NCBI GenBank assembly: GCA_036172245.1
Contig: JAYWIR010000034.1
Location: 1,612,001-1,676,000 of the forward strand
Length of the DNA stretch: 64,000 nt
DNA from: Raillietiella orientalis
Taxonomy: Eukaryota
Direction of reading: 5' to 3'
In this document: piece after piece, positions 38,801-51,416 of the stretch
How the letters are laid out: each line of letters begins with the position of its first letter
Position numbering within the stretch: the first letter of the stretch is position 1
Notes under the pieces: model-generated
What the model was told of the DNA's origin: nothing
Seen by the model: only the letters and a program-made list of their open reading frames with translations
Database searches by the model: none
Translations under genes and position numbers: made by a program

Positions 38801-41800
38801 AATGAGAGGAGGAGAGGAAGAGACCGCATCGCACATTCATAATTACAGTCAGCCGGTAGTAATTACTTCTTGGTCCAACACTCGCCAGGGCTTCAAAGAA
38901 CTAGATGTGGCTGTGAGCAAATACAAAAAAAAAAAAAAAAAAGGAAAAAGGAAAAAGGGATTTTGGGGAAATTTGTTTACACTGGCCAAAGCGCACCCGA
39001 AGTTGCTCGCAAACAGCCCAGCCACGGAATGGACAGCAAGTTTTGACTTCATGATGCATGCCATCATTAATAAACTACAAACGTAGGGAGAACAAACGAA
39101 ACCACATCCTCACATGTGTGTGTGTGTTTTAAAGAAACATATTTTTCAGAAACAACGAAACACATTTTAGCCCAAAGCAATCATAGTTAGAAATTAAAAA
39201 AAAAAAAAAAATAGTGCAACACGCAATTAAATTTACTTATGGTGTAATCTGATTACACATTCATGATGATGGTGGTTTAAAGTGAACCTTAAGACGAATG
39301 AACTTTGGATAAGCAATGCAGAAAGCTGATCCATCAACTGGTGCACATACGTGTATGAGGAAACACGATTTGGGAAAGAACCAATGGGACACACGTTATT
39401 CCCGGGAAAGTATTTTAGGGATGGATTACCGAAAGAACTGCGGAGCACTGGGCGAAGAGCAGGAAATTTCAAGACAAATTTCAAGACTCAAACCATTCCC
39501 ACTAGTTTAAAAGAAGACGGGACGTAAAAGGAAATTAATGTTTGCTTTCTGAACGAATCAATCTAATGAATCTGGAGCTGCCGCTTTCGACTTATCGGGA
39601 TGGATTCACGGGGATCTTCGCTAACGATCACTAAAAAGGTCGATAAAGCACAGGAAACCATTCGAGCCCGCACGCCAACAGTCTTTCATTGGATGCAGCA
39701 GTCCCAGAACTCGTCATCAAATGCGAACTCCAGAAATCCCGGCAAGCACCCGACGGAATTCCTGTGGCGAGACAAAGAGTTTCGGGACTCTCATCCCCGG
39801 TTCCACGCCGCCTCACCGCGCTTTTTGGGCCGGGAACGGCCGATCTGCTACGTGCACGACCACCGCGGGACACACGCACGCACGACCCAAAGGCTGCAGG
39901 CAACCGGCGTGGTGGGCAAAATGACGCGGCGTATCTTTGGGTTCCCGAAGGCCGGCAACAGGAATCCGCCGGTGGAACCTCAGACGACAAGTGCTTGCCT
40001 CGGGAAAAGTACGCTTACCTCACGCTCGTGTATGCACGTAAGCAGGCGTTTCTTCAAACTGACAATGTCATCTTCTCTCAAGGTCGCTGCTATCTCCTTC
40101 CTATTTGGTCTGACGGAATGGTTTTCTGGAAACAGACCACACACGTGAGCGGCAAAAAGAGTCGGGCAGGTTGAGGACCTACCAGCATTCTTCGGCGCAG
40201 CAGACTTCGGACTGACTAGAAATGGGGTGAACACGGCTTCGTTCTTGTCCGCGTGACGGGAGATGGACACACCTGCACGTTCTATTTTCTCTTTGCCGAC
40301 ACCTTGTGCCGACACAAAGGGGAATTCGTTGTGAAAATTGAAATGTGCGGAATGGTGACTGGAATCGGAAGGAACAAGGACGTGATTGGAGTGGCGTCCA
40401 CTGCTCCAGTTTCCATCAAGAAACAGCTGGAGTTGTTCCTCCAACCTTTTCCGATCTCGTTCGAAAAAGTCGAGGCGGGTCTGCAATTCCGCCTCACGCA
40501 GTTTGGAAAAAGACCTGTCTGCTTCTAGCTGGGCCACTCGCTCATTCAGATGCTCGCTGTGCTGCTTCAGCTGCTGAATCTCGTAAAACTGTCGATGGCA
40601 ACACGAGGTAGGAAGCGAAGATCCAGAGAAGCGGATATTATTTTCTTGGAGACCGGCGACAGCGTCGTAAGCCCAATCCAGTCTCTCCTTCATAAATCTG
40701 CCTTTGTCTTCAATTAAATTCAATAATTTCATCAATTCATCTTCGGTAGCCATTGGTTCACGGTGATTCGCTGGTGTCCTCTTGGTTGAATCGTGCATAC
40801 TTCCACTTGAACTGTTTTCTTTCGTTTCGGTACTGAATCCAGAATCAGATACCATCGCGATGCAAGCATCCACACAACTACACTTGGACGAACTTTGATC
40901 AGTGTTTACGTTGGGCCAACCCGTAGACACTTTCGGTTGTCTTTTCAACACTATTTCATTGGAATGAGCAGAAAAATCACAAGGATCTGTGACATGCAAC
41001 GTCTGTCGGGATATCAATCTGTCAACATTAGGATGCACGCGCGAAACATTTTCCACTTGACCGGATGGCATCAAAGGCACACTGTGCACGAGTCTGACGT
41101 CCGGATTAACATTTGGCCGAGTTTGCTAAAAAAAAAAAAAAAAAAAAAAAAAAGAAAAAGAAAAGAAAAGAATAAAACAAACATGGTTACAAAAATTTCC
41201 AGCGCCTGCTGCACGCAAACGTCAAAACCTTAGTGTAATGTAAAAGGAGGCAGAGAATTGGTACGAGGACCTGCGTATCACACAGCACACCACGTACACG
41301 CACACTGAAATTACAAATTGCGAAAAACACCGGGGAAAAGAAGGTTGAGAAAAAAAATCTTATCTCGAGATTCAATGGCTGTGCGAGGCAAACAGTTTAC
41401 TATTGAAAGAAGCTCCTCATCGTTATGGTGGTGTACATAAAAAACAATCGACGCATACACTAAATGTGAACAACAGCAATAAAAGCAGCAGCACAACTCT
41501 AAAATGACACATGGAGGAACGAGTGTTTCAATGTGAATGGGAATGGTGTGATGTGAGTGGGTAGGGCACGCCCCCACCCCCACCATAGGAAAATGGAACG
41601 AAATGAGAAAATTTACTTCAAGATGCCTAACTGGTTCGCCAACAGCAAGCATATCCTCCTCGACGCAGACTGGACCGTGGATCAAGACAGCTTCCGACGG
41701 GATCGTTGCATTGAAACTGGAGCCACAGACGTTTCTGTCATTGCATTGCACTGAATGATGCGAAAGCGTAAAAGGAATTTTTGCAAGAACCAAAGGATCC

Positions 41801-44800
41801 TTTACAACACATCTCTACACTCGCTTTGCACATATCATGCGGGGCTCAGGAGAAAAAGGGAATAACTCATTTCGGCAAGTTTCTTTTTTTTTTTTTTTTT
41901 TCCTAAACACAAAAAAATAAAATAGAAAGTCAACCACAGTTCCGTTTGTTACTGTTTTTGTGCTTTTTTTCTCCCAAGTTCGAAGCGGCAACTTTCGATT
42001 GCGTCCAACCCCGCACCCCAAGGCAAGTTTGCGGATGCAACCGGAGGCAACGTGAAACTCTGCACAACTACGAATGCTTTTCGGAACTGAGACCTCAGGA
42101 CCACGGTCTCCCACATTATCTCCAAACGATGTTTCCCTGCTCACTTCCGGAAGTATCACACTCCCATTACACAACGGTGCATATCATCTTTTCTCGGACT
42201 GTTTCCCAAGCTTCAAGGTATTATGAGCGCTACACATTGACACAAAGACGCAAATAAACGATTTCTTATTCCATTTGGAACATCAAGACGTGCAACGAAT
42301 TCCACTGACGAGCAAGTCCTTCGCTATTTTCGATAAACCTGACGTCTTGGGATGTGGCTCCAGTAAATTCGAGACACAAAATTGACCAAAGCCACTTGCA
42401 CAGTGCGCAAATTCTTACTGCTGTTGCTCTGTGGCTGCCAGGTCGTACGAACTGCACCAATAATTTGCACCTCAAGTGTCAGGCAGTGGCTCACTCCCAA
42501 GTTTTCCACTATCGCCAATTCATCCTTTCTGTTCCCTAAATCGAACTTCGGGAGGACGAGTTTCTTTTTGCTATTCGGCTGACATGAACTTTGATATGCT
42601 TTTACTGCTTCCGATTCCATCCAAACGCTCTTTTTTCTTGTGAACTTAATTCTCGCGGGACAATGTGGTGAGAAGCGTGAAGATATTGTCTTTACTAATG
42701 AGAATGATGTGCTCGCCATTCTACTTCACATTCACACCTTTTTTATATTCAAAGATCCTTTTGTTGCTCCTCATTGTGCGGAGAATCCTCAAATGCGGCT
42801 CCCATCCGCTAATGTCAGGGTTCTCTTTGCCTCTCCAATTCAGTCAAGCGGACAGAAGAGGGAACCCAAGTCCATGATACGGTGATCCATGCCGGAAGAG
42901 AAACCGCAGATTTCAACGAGGGAGGGTTCTTGTTTTCGATGATTTAGGAAAGGCGTTCGACCCACGTCGTCATTACGGCCACGACTGAAGAGTACCCACT
43001 GATTTGACCTTATTTCACCTCATGCATTCTCGACAAATCAAAGGCTGCTTTATAAATCATGAAGCAGTCAAGTTGCGTACTTGAATTGCGCTCGAGTTCA
43101 CCATTCGAAAATTTCTAAATCCTTCCTCTGAGGAGTGTTTTTACTATACGAAATTTTTGAATTTTCGCCTGCCGGACCAATCCTTCGTTTCCATCATATG
43201 CAGAACACGAAACGGTACATGAATACCTAAATTTACTGCCGGCACGGAAAGGAATGGCACGCTTGAATCTTGATTCCTCTGACGTAATCTTCCGAACTGA
43301 TGTTACCGCACAAGTCAATCAGAAATAAGAACACGCCAACTGTTTTCTAGACCAGGAAAACGGAGAATCTGATCCGAGGCAGAAGATCAGGAAAGATCAG
43401 GAATCGGGGACGGAGTGAAAAACACGAATCGAGGAGCTGGGGCGGACTGCGAAGGAGGTCCGGAAAATCAGCCTACCCTAAGAATTCCTCACCTTTCAAG
43501 AAGTGCTGTGCAAACAACGATGGTAACCGTAAGCAAATTTCAAAAAAAAAAAAATCCTGCGTGCTTTTTTGGATAATTCTCCTTCACAGATTACTACAAA
43601 TTCATTGCTGTACAGAAAATGGCCATAAAAACTTATTACGCTTAATCACAGGGGTGACAGAGTCCATCAGAATGCCAACCTGTGGTACTGAATCAGGTTT
43701 CAGAGTTTCTGGCTTCATTTTTATGGGTTTCACGTTTGGTTTGCACGGTCATCCATATTCTACACACGAAACATATGAAAACTGAAAAACTTTTCAGAGA
43801 TCACAAATTCCAGGGATTAAAGGAACGAACTGTCGGATTCATAAGCACGCTAAGGCGTCCAAAGAACGTGCACATCCTGAAACAGTATCAAGCTTGAGTC
43901 GCACATTGCCATCATCAGCACAATTTTCAAAAGTGTAAGCAAACTCAATACTATTTTAAAATACAGGTGAAAAAATGATGACAATAAAGGTTGGCAAGCC
44001 AATGCATTGGTGTATTTACAGCACATCTTTACATAGCAGACGTGAAAAAACATGTGATTCGTTAAAAATCGGTCTACACATGACCAACACATTTTGCATG
44101 CACAAGTTCCGAATGCAAGGGATCTGTGGAATGCACGAATCCTGTTGTTTCTCTCTCTCCCCCCCCCCTCCCCCTTTTGGTGATTAAGATTAGCCATCTT
44201 TCTGCAGAAAATATCGCACCACGTTTCCCCATTTTGCCCATCCCAATCATGCAAACAAACAAACGCAAAAGCAACGTCGAATGAACTTTTTTCTGATTTC
44301 GGAGTGCCATCGACGGAATCGCGACCAACGTCGAACGGGTCGGATGTCTTTTCAGCTTCACGGGGAACGCTGCTGTTGGAAAAGACATTTCGCTGTTGTT
44401 TTTGTAATAAAAGCATTCTGAGTAAGTATGAAGTAAAAAGGGACAACTACGGAGTGGAGCTCTACGCAGACACACACACACACACACACACTCGATTTCT
44501 GTATGCAACACTGCCCCAGAGGGGTAATTAAGAGATTCAATTATTCGTACACCGGATGCAAATCTGAGCATCATGCTTCGTTCCGCCAACAAGTAAACAC
44601 CATAATGGCGAGAAGCACGAGTCGCATTCGAATACCCTGCTTCGTAATTGCTTTATAGACAAATGCACGCAAAGTAAAGGAGGAATTCTTAAAGTCCCTC
44701 CACAGAGGATCCCTCCTCCCCCCCCCCCTCCCAAGAAATACCTTAATGACTGAATTATGATCGGATGCTGCTACCTGGATCTGGGAAAACTGTTCCGTCA

Positions 44801-46048
44801 GTTTCTCGACGTGAAGCAAGTGAAGATTGGGCATGGTACAGCACAGATTCGAAGTATCCATAAAATACAAAGGTTTTCCAGTTACGAAGTTGCATGTGCC
44901 AACACGAAGGGGAAAGAATCATTTTCTTAGGATCTAGAAGAAAATAAAAAAATAGAAAAGACACATTTTGGCGTGAAGATGATCTGCGTTTATCCAAAGG
45001 TACCTTTGAATAATAGGCAAGTGCCAAAAATCACCTGACCAAAATTGTGGGGAAAAAAAAATGAAAAATTTTGTACATGAATTGTGTAACAGACTAAAAC
45101 CATGTGCGCTCTTTCTGTTTAAAACAAGGTACGGAACACAAAAATTTATAAGAACAAGGATTGCAGACAAACAGCAATACATACACACAAAATAATGGAG
45201 AATGTTCTGGATTCACAATCATGCTTTAGTGGAGCCCCAATCACAGTGACACGTTATGAAACACCACCACATAAATCAAAGCCACAGAAGAACACCATCT
45301 GTAAAGGTATACTGATACGGAAATGATCATTCGCAGGTCGCTTTTCATCAAAGTACAAACGAACTTTTGGTTTCGTGGAGTTACACAAAGTTACCACTGT
45401 ACGAAAGTAGCTGTTATTTATGAAACGTACACAGCAATCAAATCAGTCCCCACATTTACTGTGAACACTTATGCTACCCTTATTACACTTTCGTGTACTG
45501 ACACAACGTTCGGACCACACATGAAAGTTACTGAAAATTTGTAAAGAAAAAAAAAAAAAAAATCATTTGTGGAGCCAGGGGACCCCCTTGTGGTGCAAGT
45601 ACATACACAGGGATACCCTGAGCCACTGCTGGATGGAACTTTTGGTGGATTTTTTTTCTGTAAAAAAATGGGAATACCCGGCACGACTCGCCACGCAAGG
45701 ACTCCACGGTGAAGCAATGAAGGAACAAGAACCGAATGAAACAGGGATATGGGTTTCAAGGAACACTGAGAATCGTTTGATCGGATTCATTCCAGAAGAA
45801 TACACAGAATCAATGAAATAGTTACGCAGAGAGAATAACAACGAGAGCATTTCGAAAGTAAGATGTACATGAAATCGACCGTTACAATATTGTGGAGATG
45901 ACCTGGATTATTTCCAGACACACAAAATTACGTACGAGTATGACAAGCACGTCACCAAAATGAGACACAAAAACACAACCGCGAACTTCTTCTCATCTCC
46001 TTCCACAGCGCCATCCATCGCAACTTCATTCCGAGAGCAGGGTGGTCC

Positions 46049-46081
<33 letters not shown>

Positions 46082-46922
46082 CAAAGTCCACGAAACCCGC
46101 AATGATTTCACCCATTACTTCAAGTACTGTGCTCTTAATCAGTACATTTTGCATGCAACCATGACGTCAGAGACCCCAATCCCCCCGTGTTCGTTAAAAA
46201 TCTCAATAGTCAGCTCTCATTACTCTTCAAGGAGACACGCGAACAGATCAGAAGCAGGCATGACAACATTTGCCGAGATACAAATCATTCTGTGCACTAC
46301 TTTGCTCCCAGTCGAACTGGCTCTCTCTACACATGGAAACCCGCGTTCCATCACAACATGCAGGTGGAAGCACAGGGATTCATACATACTCTCATAATGC
46401 ACCAATGTACGTTCGTATTCTTTCTCTAATAGGTGATGGCATCCGCCCTACGTAGATATCCGAAATAACGTGCACGCTAGTCCGCGGCATTCATTTTTTT
46501 TAAAGACACAACAGAATTACTACGGAAAACAGAGGAACCATGTTCGTAACGAACTGAATAAAAACACTAAGATCCAGTTTTTTTCTTAAAAAAGAAAAAA
46601 AAAACAGAGAAAGGTGTCCGATTTATATCACCGATTACGAACACACATCATGGTACACTATGACCCCTTTCTCGAAATTACTTCATTATTTGCATAAAAG
46701 AAAAGAAAAGAAAGAAGGTACGACTCTGGATGTTACGTTCGAGTAAGAACATGAATGACCCAAGTACACTGCACCGCTTGTATTCACTCAATTTATGGCT
46801 CCCTTCCCAAAACGAATGCTCATTTAAGCGGTAACGCCAGGCAAGCAGCAAGGAAGGAGAATTTCGTGAACCGCAAATTCTTCATAAACCCTTCGTAAGG
46901 CTCAACGGAAAAGACCTTTTTC

Positions 46923-46953
<31 letters not shown>

Positions 46954-47464
46954 GAGTTCCGAAATCTCCTTTTTTCCTTTTCGAAAGGCGAACGGAATTG
47001 CTGCCTCGAAATTTGCTGCAAACCTCAACGCTGGACACTGCCCGAATTTCGGGGAACGTACTTTGCACACCCGCGTGCCTTCTTCTACGGCTTAAACACG
47101 AATTTCGTTTAGGAGGTTCCTCTACACCTCGTGCTTTCGCAAAGGTCACCTACGAACTCTACTAGGCACACCATCACAATGCTGGTGCGCTTGCTTCACG
47201 GATGCTACGACTACTTACGGGAGCATGGCAACCGCTGCTGAAACCACCCCCAGCATCACCGTCTTTCCCGTCGCAGTGAGCGAAGCTGCTGCCAAAAGGA
47301 CGGAAAACCGACCCAGAATGGAGAACAAACACAACAGAGTCAAATGCACTGCATGATCGGCTGCACTTTGGCAGCTTTTTACCAGTCGGAATGGAGGTCT
47401 CTCGAACGAGCGACGTCCAACAGGCTCAGAGAGAGCCTCACACGAGCAACGCTGGATAACTAAC
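35816..47464 (-). CDS. Large-intron gene for a coiled-coil protein (tentatively JAKMIP-like arthropod family); both ends uncertain
   Basis: Phase-compatible GT-AG exons 47464-47219 (candidate), 42720-42495, 41125-40019, 36442-36311, 36265-35816. Spliced text includes SDSGFSTETKE, EDELMKLLNLIEDKG, IQQLKQHSEHLNERVAQLEA, SLKKRLLTCIHERE|VLNSEMQRLRINLD and FREQIEDLRIQ|LQMKNIELE (heptad-rich). The family assignment is from memory only. Confidence 0.7.
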
Positions 47465-50011
47465 CTTGCAGAAAGAATCAATGCACAGGGAATCATCATC
47501 ATCATCATCTTTTTTTTTCTTTTCTTTTCCGTAATAAATGTTTCTACTATAATCGTTTTACAAACGTGATTGTGTTGTGTGCATGGCGAATCCGGAAACT
47601 AGCCGAGCTCTATTGCACATGTGTGAATAGCTATACTTGACTACGTTATGTAAAGACTGCTGAAGCATTACGAGGACACGTTGCCAAAAAAGTTTTCCAC
47701 CTTGTCGGTTCGTTTCAACAGGTTCAAGTAAGCACTTCCCACGTTTCCAGCAATTTCGGCAAGAATTTATTGCAATTTATTAACTTTTGTGAAAAACTGA
47801 TGTTTGCTTCTGTGTGTGTGTGTGTGTATTTTAAATATATGTACTTTTTTTTTTTTTTACGAACAAAGCTACGCAATTGCATCGTCACACAAATAGCTGT
47901 TTCCTTCACTTTTTTTTTTTTTTTTTTTTTTTTTTTCTTTTACAATCAACCCATTTATTTGGAGAGCTGAAGTTTGATTAAAATAACAACGAAAAAAAAA
48001 CAGAACAAATGATAAAGTGAGGAGATTTGCTTTTAAGGGGATGAAAATGATGAGCGACTGCGAGATCTCGCAAAGTACAACGAACAAACAACAAGCAGAA
48101 CAACACCAGAGACAAACGCAAAACAACTCACGTGAGTACCTGAAGACACGAAATTAAATTCTATGGAAACATCCGACTCCACGCTGAAGATTACTTCATA
48201 ACGGTACATCGCGACTACATAACCATTTTTGCACTCCTGTTTTCATTTTCGAAAGCACAAAGGATGGGGGGGGGGGGGGGGTAGGACTCGGAGCGAATTT
48301 CTTTTTCTTTCTTTCTTTCTTTCTTTTTTTTTTTTTTTAAGGGACAAACAACATTTCCCGAACGGTTGAAATCACCACGTTTCTTAGGGGCGCGAGGGTG
48401 CGTGCACCCGACATACACACGCACGCACGGTTACACACTCACATCATACGAAAGGTGTTTCTACCACGGTCAACGTCTTGGACTGATGGACAACATGTTC
48501 GACATGAAAGTAGGTGTGCACTACGGACAGAAAGACGTGACACCTAACCGAGCATCACCTGCTACAGAGAAATGCACGTCCACGATGCTGATGGCCACCA
48601 AGCAAACTGGATCACACGGACATCAGTGGAAAAAGCGCAGCACAAATCGATAAATCTCGTACATTTTTCTATGGAAAAAGGAAAAATAAAATGAAGAATC
48701 GCCATGAAAACTAGACTTCAGACACGGGAAATGCATTTTGGTTCTTCAAAGAGACGAGTCCCATCTTTTGAGGATCCTTAATCCTCCTCAGTCACATTTG
48801 TATACAACAAGCTGCCTTTCATATGTGAGAGTGATAGCGAACATTTCGAGGTGTAATGACGAACACACCGAGCACACAAATGACCAACGCGTACAGATGA
48901 GAAAGGATTTCGGTGCAAGTGATTTTCGTAGGGACTGCATGTCAGGGCGGATACCGAGGGTGGCAAAGAAGCAAACAGGCGTGAACCCCGGCCGAGGTGG
49001 TGGAAAAGACGCTTACCAGTCTCGGAAATACTGCAACACACGCAAACGTCAACATTTACATGGGCACCAAGCGACAAGGGAGTGCCACCGTAACCAAGAC
49101 AGCTGTTGTTACCCAAAGCCGAGTCGAAATTTGAACTACGGCACCAAGTTGCTGGGATTTTCAGTCAGATGGCCCGGGGATGTGTACCTCCCCGGAACGT
49201 ACCATCCTGGCACTGAAGATAGCACACAACACGGAGCAGCACACGAAATACGAAACCTTTCTTCGTACAGCACTTTTTATTTACAACTCGTCAATGCTGA
49301 ACAACCGATGCAGGGGAATGAAAAGCTTTCAAAAGTATTCGTACTTCATCCATGTCTTTGGAATGACTCGATCGCTTTCGAACAAAAACCTATTACTACT
49401 ATTTAGAAGAAACGCACAAGGCAAGGCACAATCCTTGCTACCAAAAATTTTCATCCTCAACATCTCACTTGATGGAATGCAATTGCTGGAATTAAACAAC
49501 GTCTAATTGTACTTATCTGATAACGGAAAAGGCATACTCGAAACAAGATGGTTAGTATCAAGCAGGAAATTTTACGATCTGACTTTACTATCTCACGTCT
49601 GGAACAGTCTCGAAACTTCGGGAACACTTTTCGTACAGGGATCACAAAACACCACAAGTTGAAAATGGAAACTCGGTGGCTCCCAACCTTCCCCCATGCA
49701 GCTCCTACACAATTTGTATTTTTGTGACCTTCGCTCAAGAGGAAAACGGGGAAAAAATATATACACATATATACCAATAAAATGTTGCGATCGACGCCTA
49801 TGCAAACAAATTAGTCTGTGCTCAATGACTTGCGACAACCTGGTCGTTCCCATATTACACGATGGAAGGGATGAATGGTGTCTACAGTGTTGAAATGTGT
49901 ACAAACGTCCCGTGCTGTTGCAGACTTCCCGGAAAACTCGTTGGTAACACAACGCGGCAACTGAAATCTTCTCAACAGCTGCAAACACAATTCCTGCAAA
50001 TGTTCAAATTC

Positions 50012-50043
<32 letters not shown>

Positions 50044-51357
50044 CATTAATGTTCACATGGAAGATGAGGAAATCGAAACTACTTCGGAATACAACATTTT
50101 TGACCAAGGAGCGCTCCCGATGAACCGGAAATAAATACACGCCCGATGACAACAAGAATCCCTTGAAAAGGCATAATGAAATTATTTAATAACCTCGAAT
50201 ATTAACAAAGTGAAATGGATGACAATCCTCGATCGATCAAGGTCACTACTGGCCTCTGAGAGGAAAAAAAAGAAAAGAAAGGGTGACATAGCAAACTTAA
50301 TCGATTATATGAATGCACTGCATCCATGTTTTTTTTTTTCTTTCTCTAAAGGTTACCACACGATCGCCGATTTTATCAAAATTTCGGTCCCTTTCAATTA
50401 AGAAATCCAGTAGTTGTGGCTCTATTATAAAGTACGAAGTTTTACGAAGAAACTTGACAATGGACGAAAAAAAAAAAAAAAAAGGGGAAAAAAATTATAA
50501 TTACCGAAATAAGTATATTTCTGAAAATGATTGTGAAAGGCGCAATATATACTTAGACTAAAAATAATTAATTCCTGTAGATCAACACCACGGAAATTCA
50601 CATACGGTTAAAACCATTCGCTAACTTTTGGTGATTACAAGAAAATCACCAAAAGGGCAGCAAAAAACAAGAATTATCGGATGCTTGCGAAACAAATGAT
50701 TGACCTACTTCATATGTTTTTTGATCTTCTTCCCAATTGTCTTAAAATTACAATACTGAAACCCAATAACAACATTGCATGATGCCATAAATTCTAATAC
50801 TTTGTGTAGTTTTCATACAAAAACACTTTACAGACATGAATATCAAATTCCCTAAAAAAACCCTTCACACTAAGAACAAAAACGAAATAATTGAAACTCA
50901 ACATACAGGTAAAAGAGACACATGCGGACAGACACAATTACATTAGTTACATATTGTGGCTGCAGCAGATATGTAATGGTCCACTTTGTTTTGAAGACAA
51001 TCTTACCTTTTCGACAAAATTTTGATGGAACTGTATCAACAATTCTATCTTAAAATATCAATCTGCAAAGGCAATTCCATGCCGTGGGTCCATTCATTCA
51101 ATGAAATTATGATTGTGTGACATTAAATTTGAAACACTCCTTACAAATCAAAATTATACTTTTCAAACGTAAAATTAATCCAATTGTGATGGCTACTTGA
51201 ATATTCATTGCTTTTTTGTTAATTTAATAATCCATATCTGAATGTTCTTTCTAATTTCATCAATTCTCTGTACGGATCACCAATAATCAAGTCGTTTTCT
51301 TCGCTTTTCCAGTTTTTGACATTTCAGTGATATCCACCGATACCATGGTGGAAAAGT

Positions 51358-51416
51358 GATCTTCCAGATCCAGATCCATGGTCTTCCAGATCTTCCATTT
51401 CAGATCTGTCCAGATC
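51358..51416. repeat. Degenerate short tandem repeat built from (CTT)CCAGAT/GATC units
   Basis: gatcttccagatccagatccatggtcttccagatcttccatttcagatctgtccagatc. Confidence 0.6.

Noticed and set aside
39600..40010. GC-rich ORFs next to the coiled-coil exon
   Set aside because: They lie within the inferred intron. The 40019 donor joins cleanly to 36442, and internal acceptors lead to stops or unconvincing peptides.
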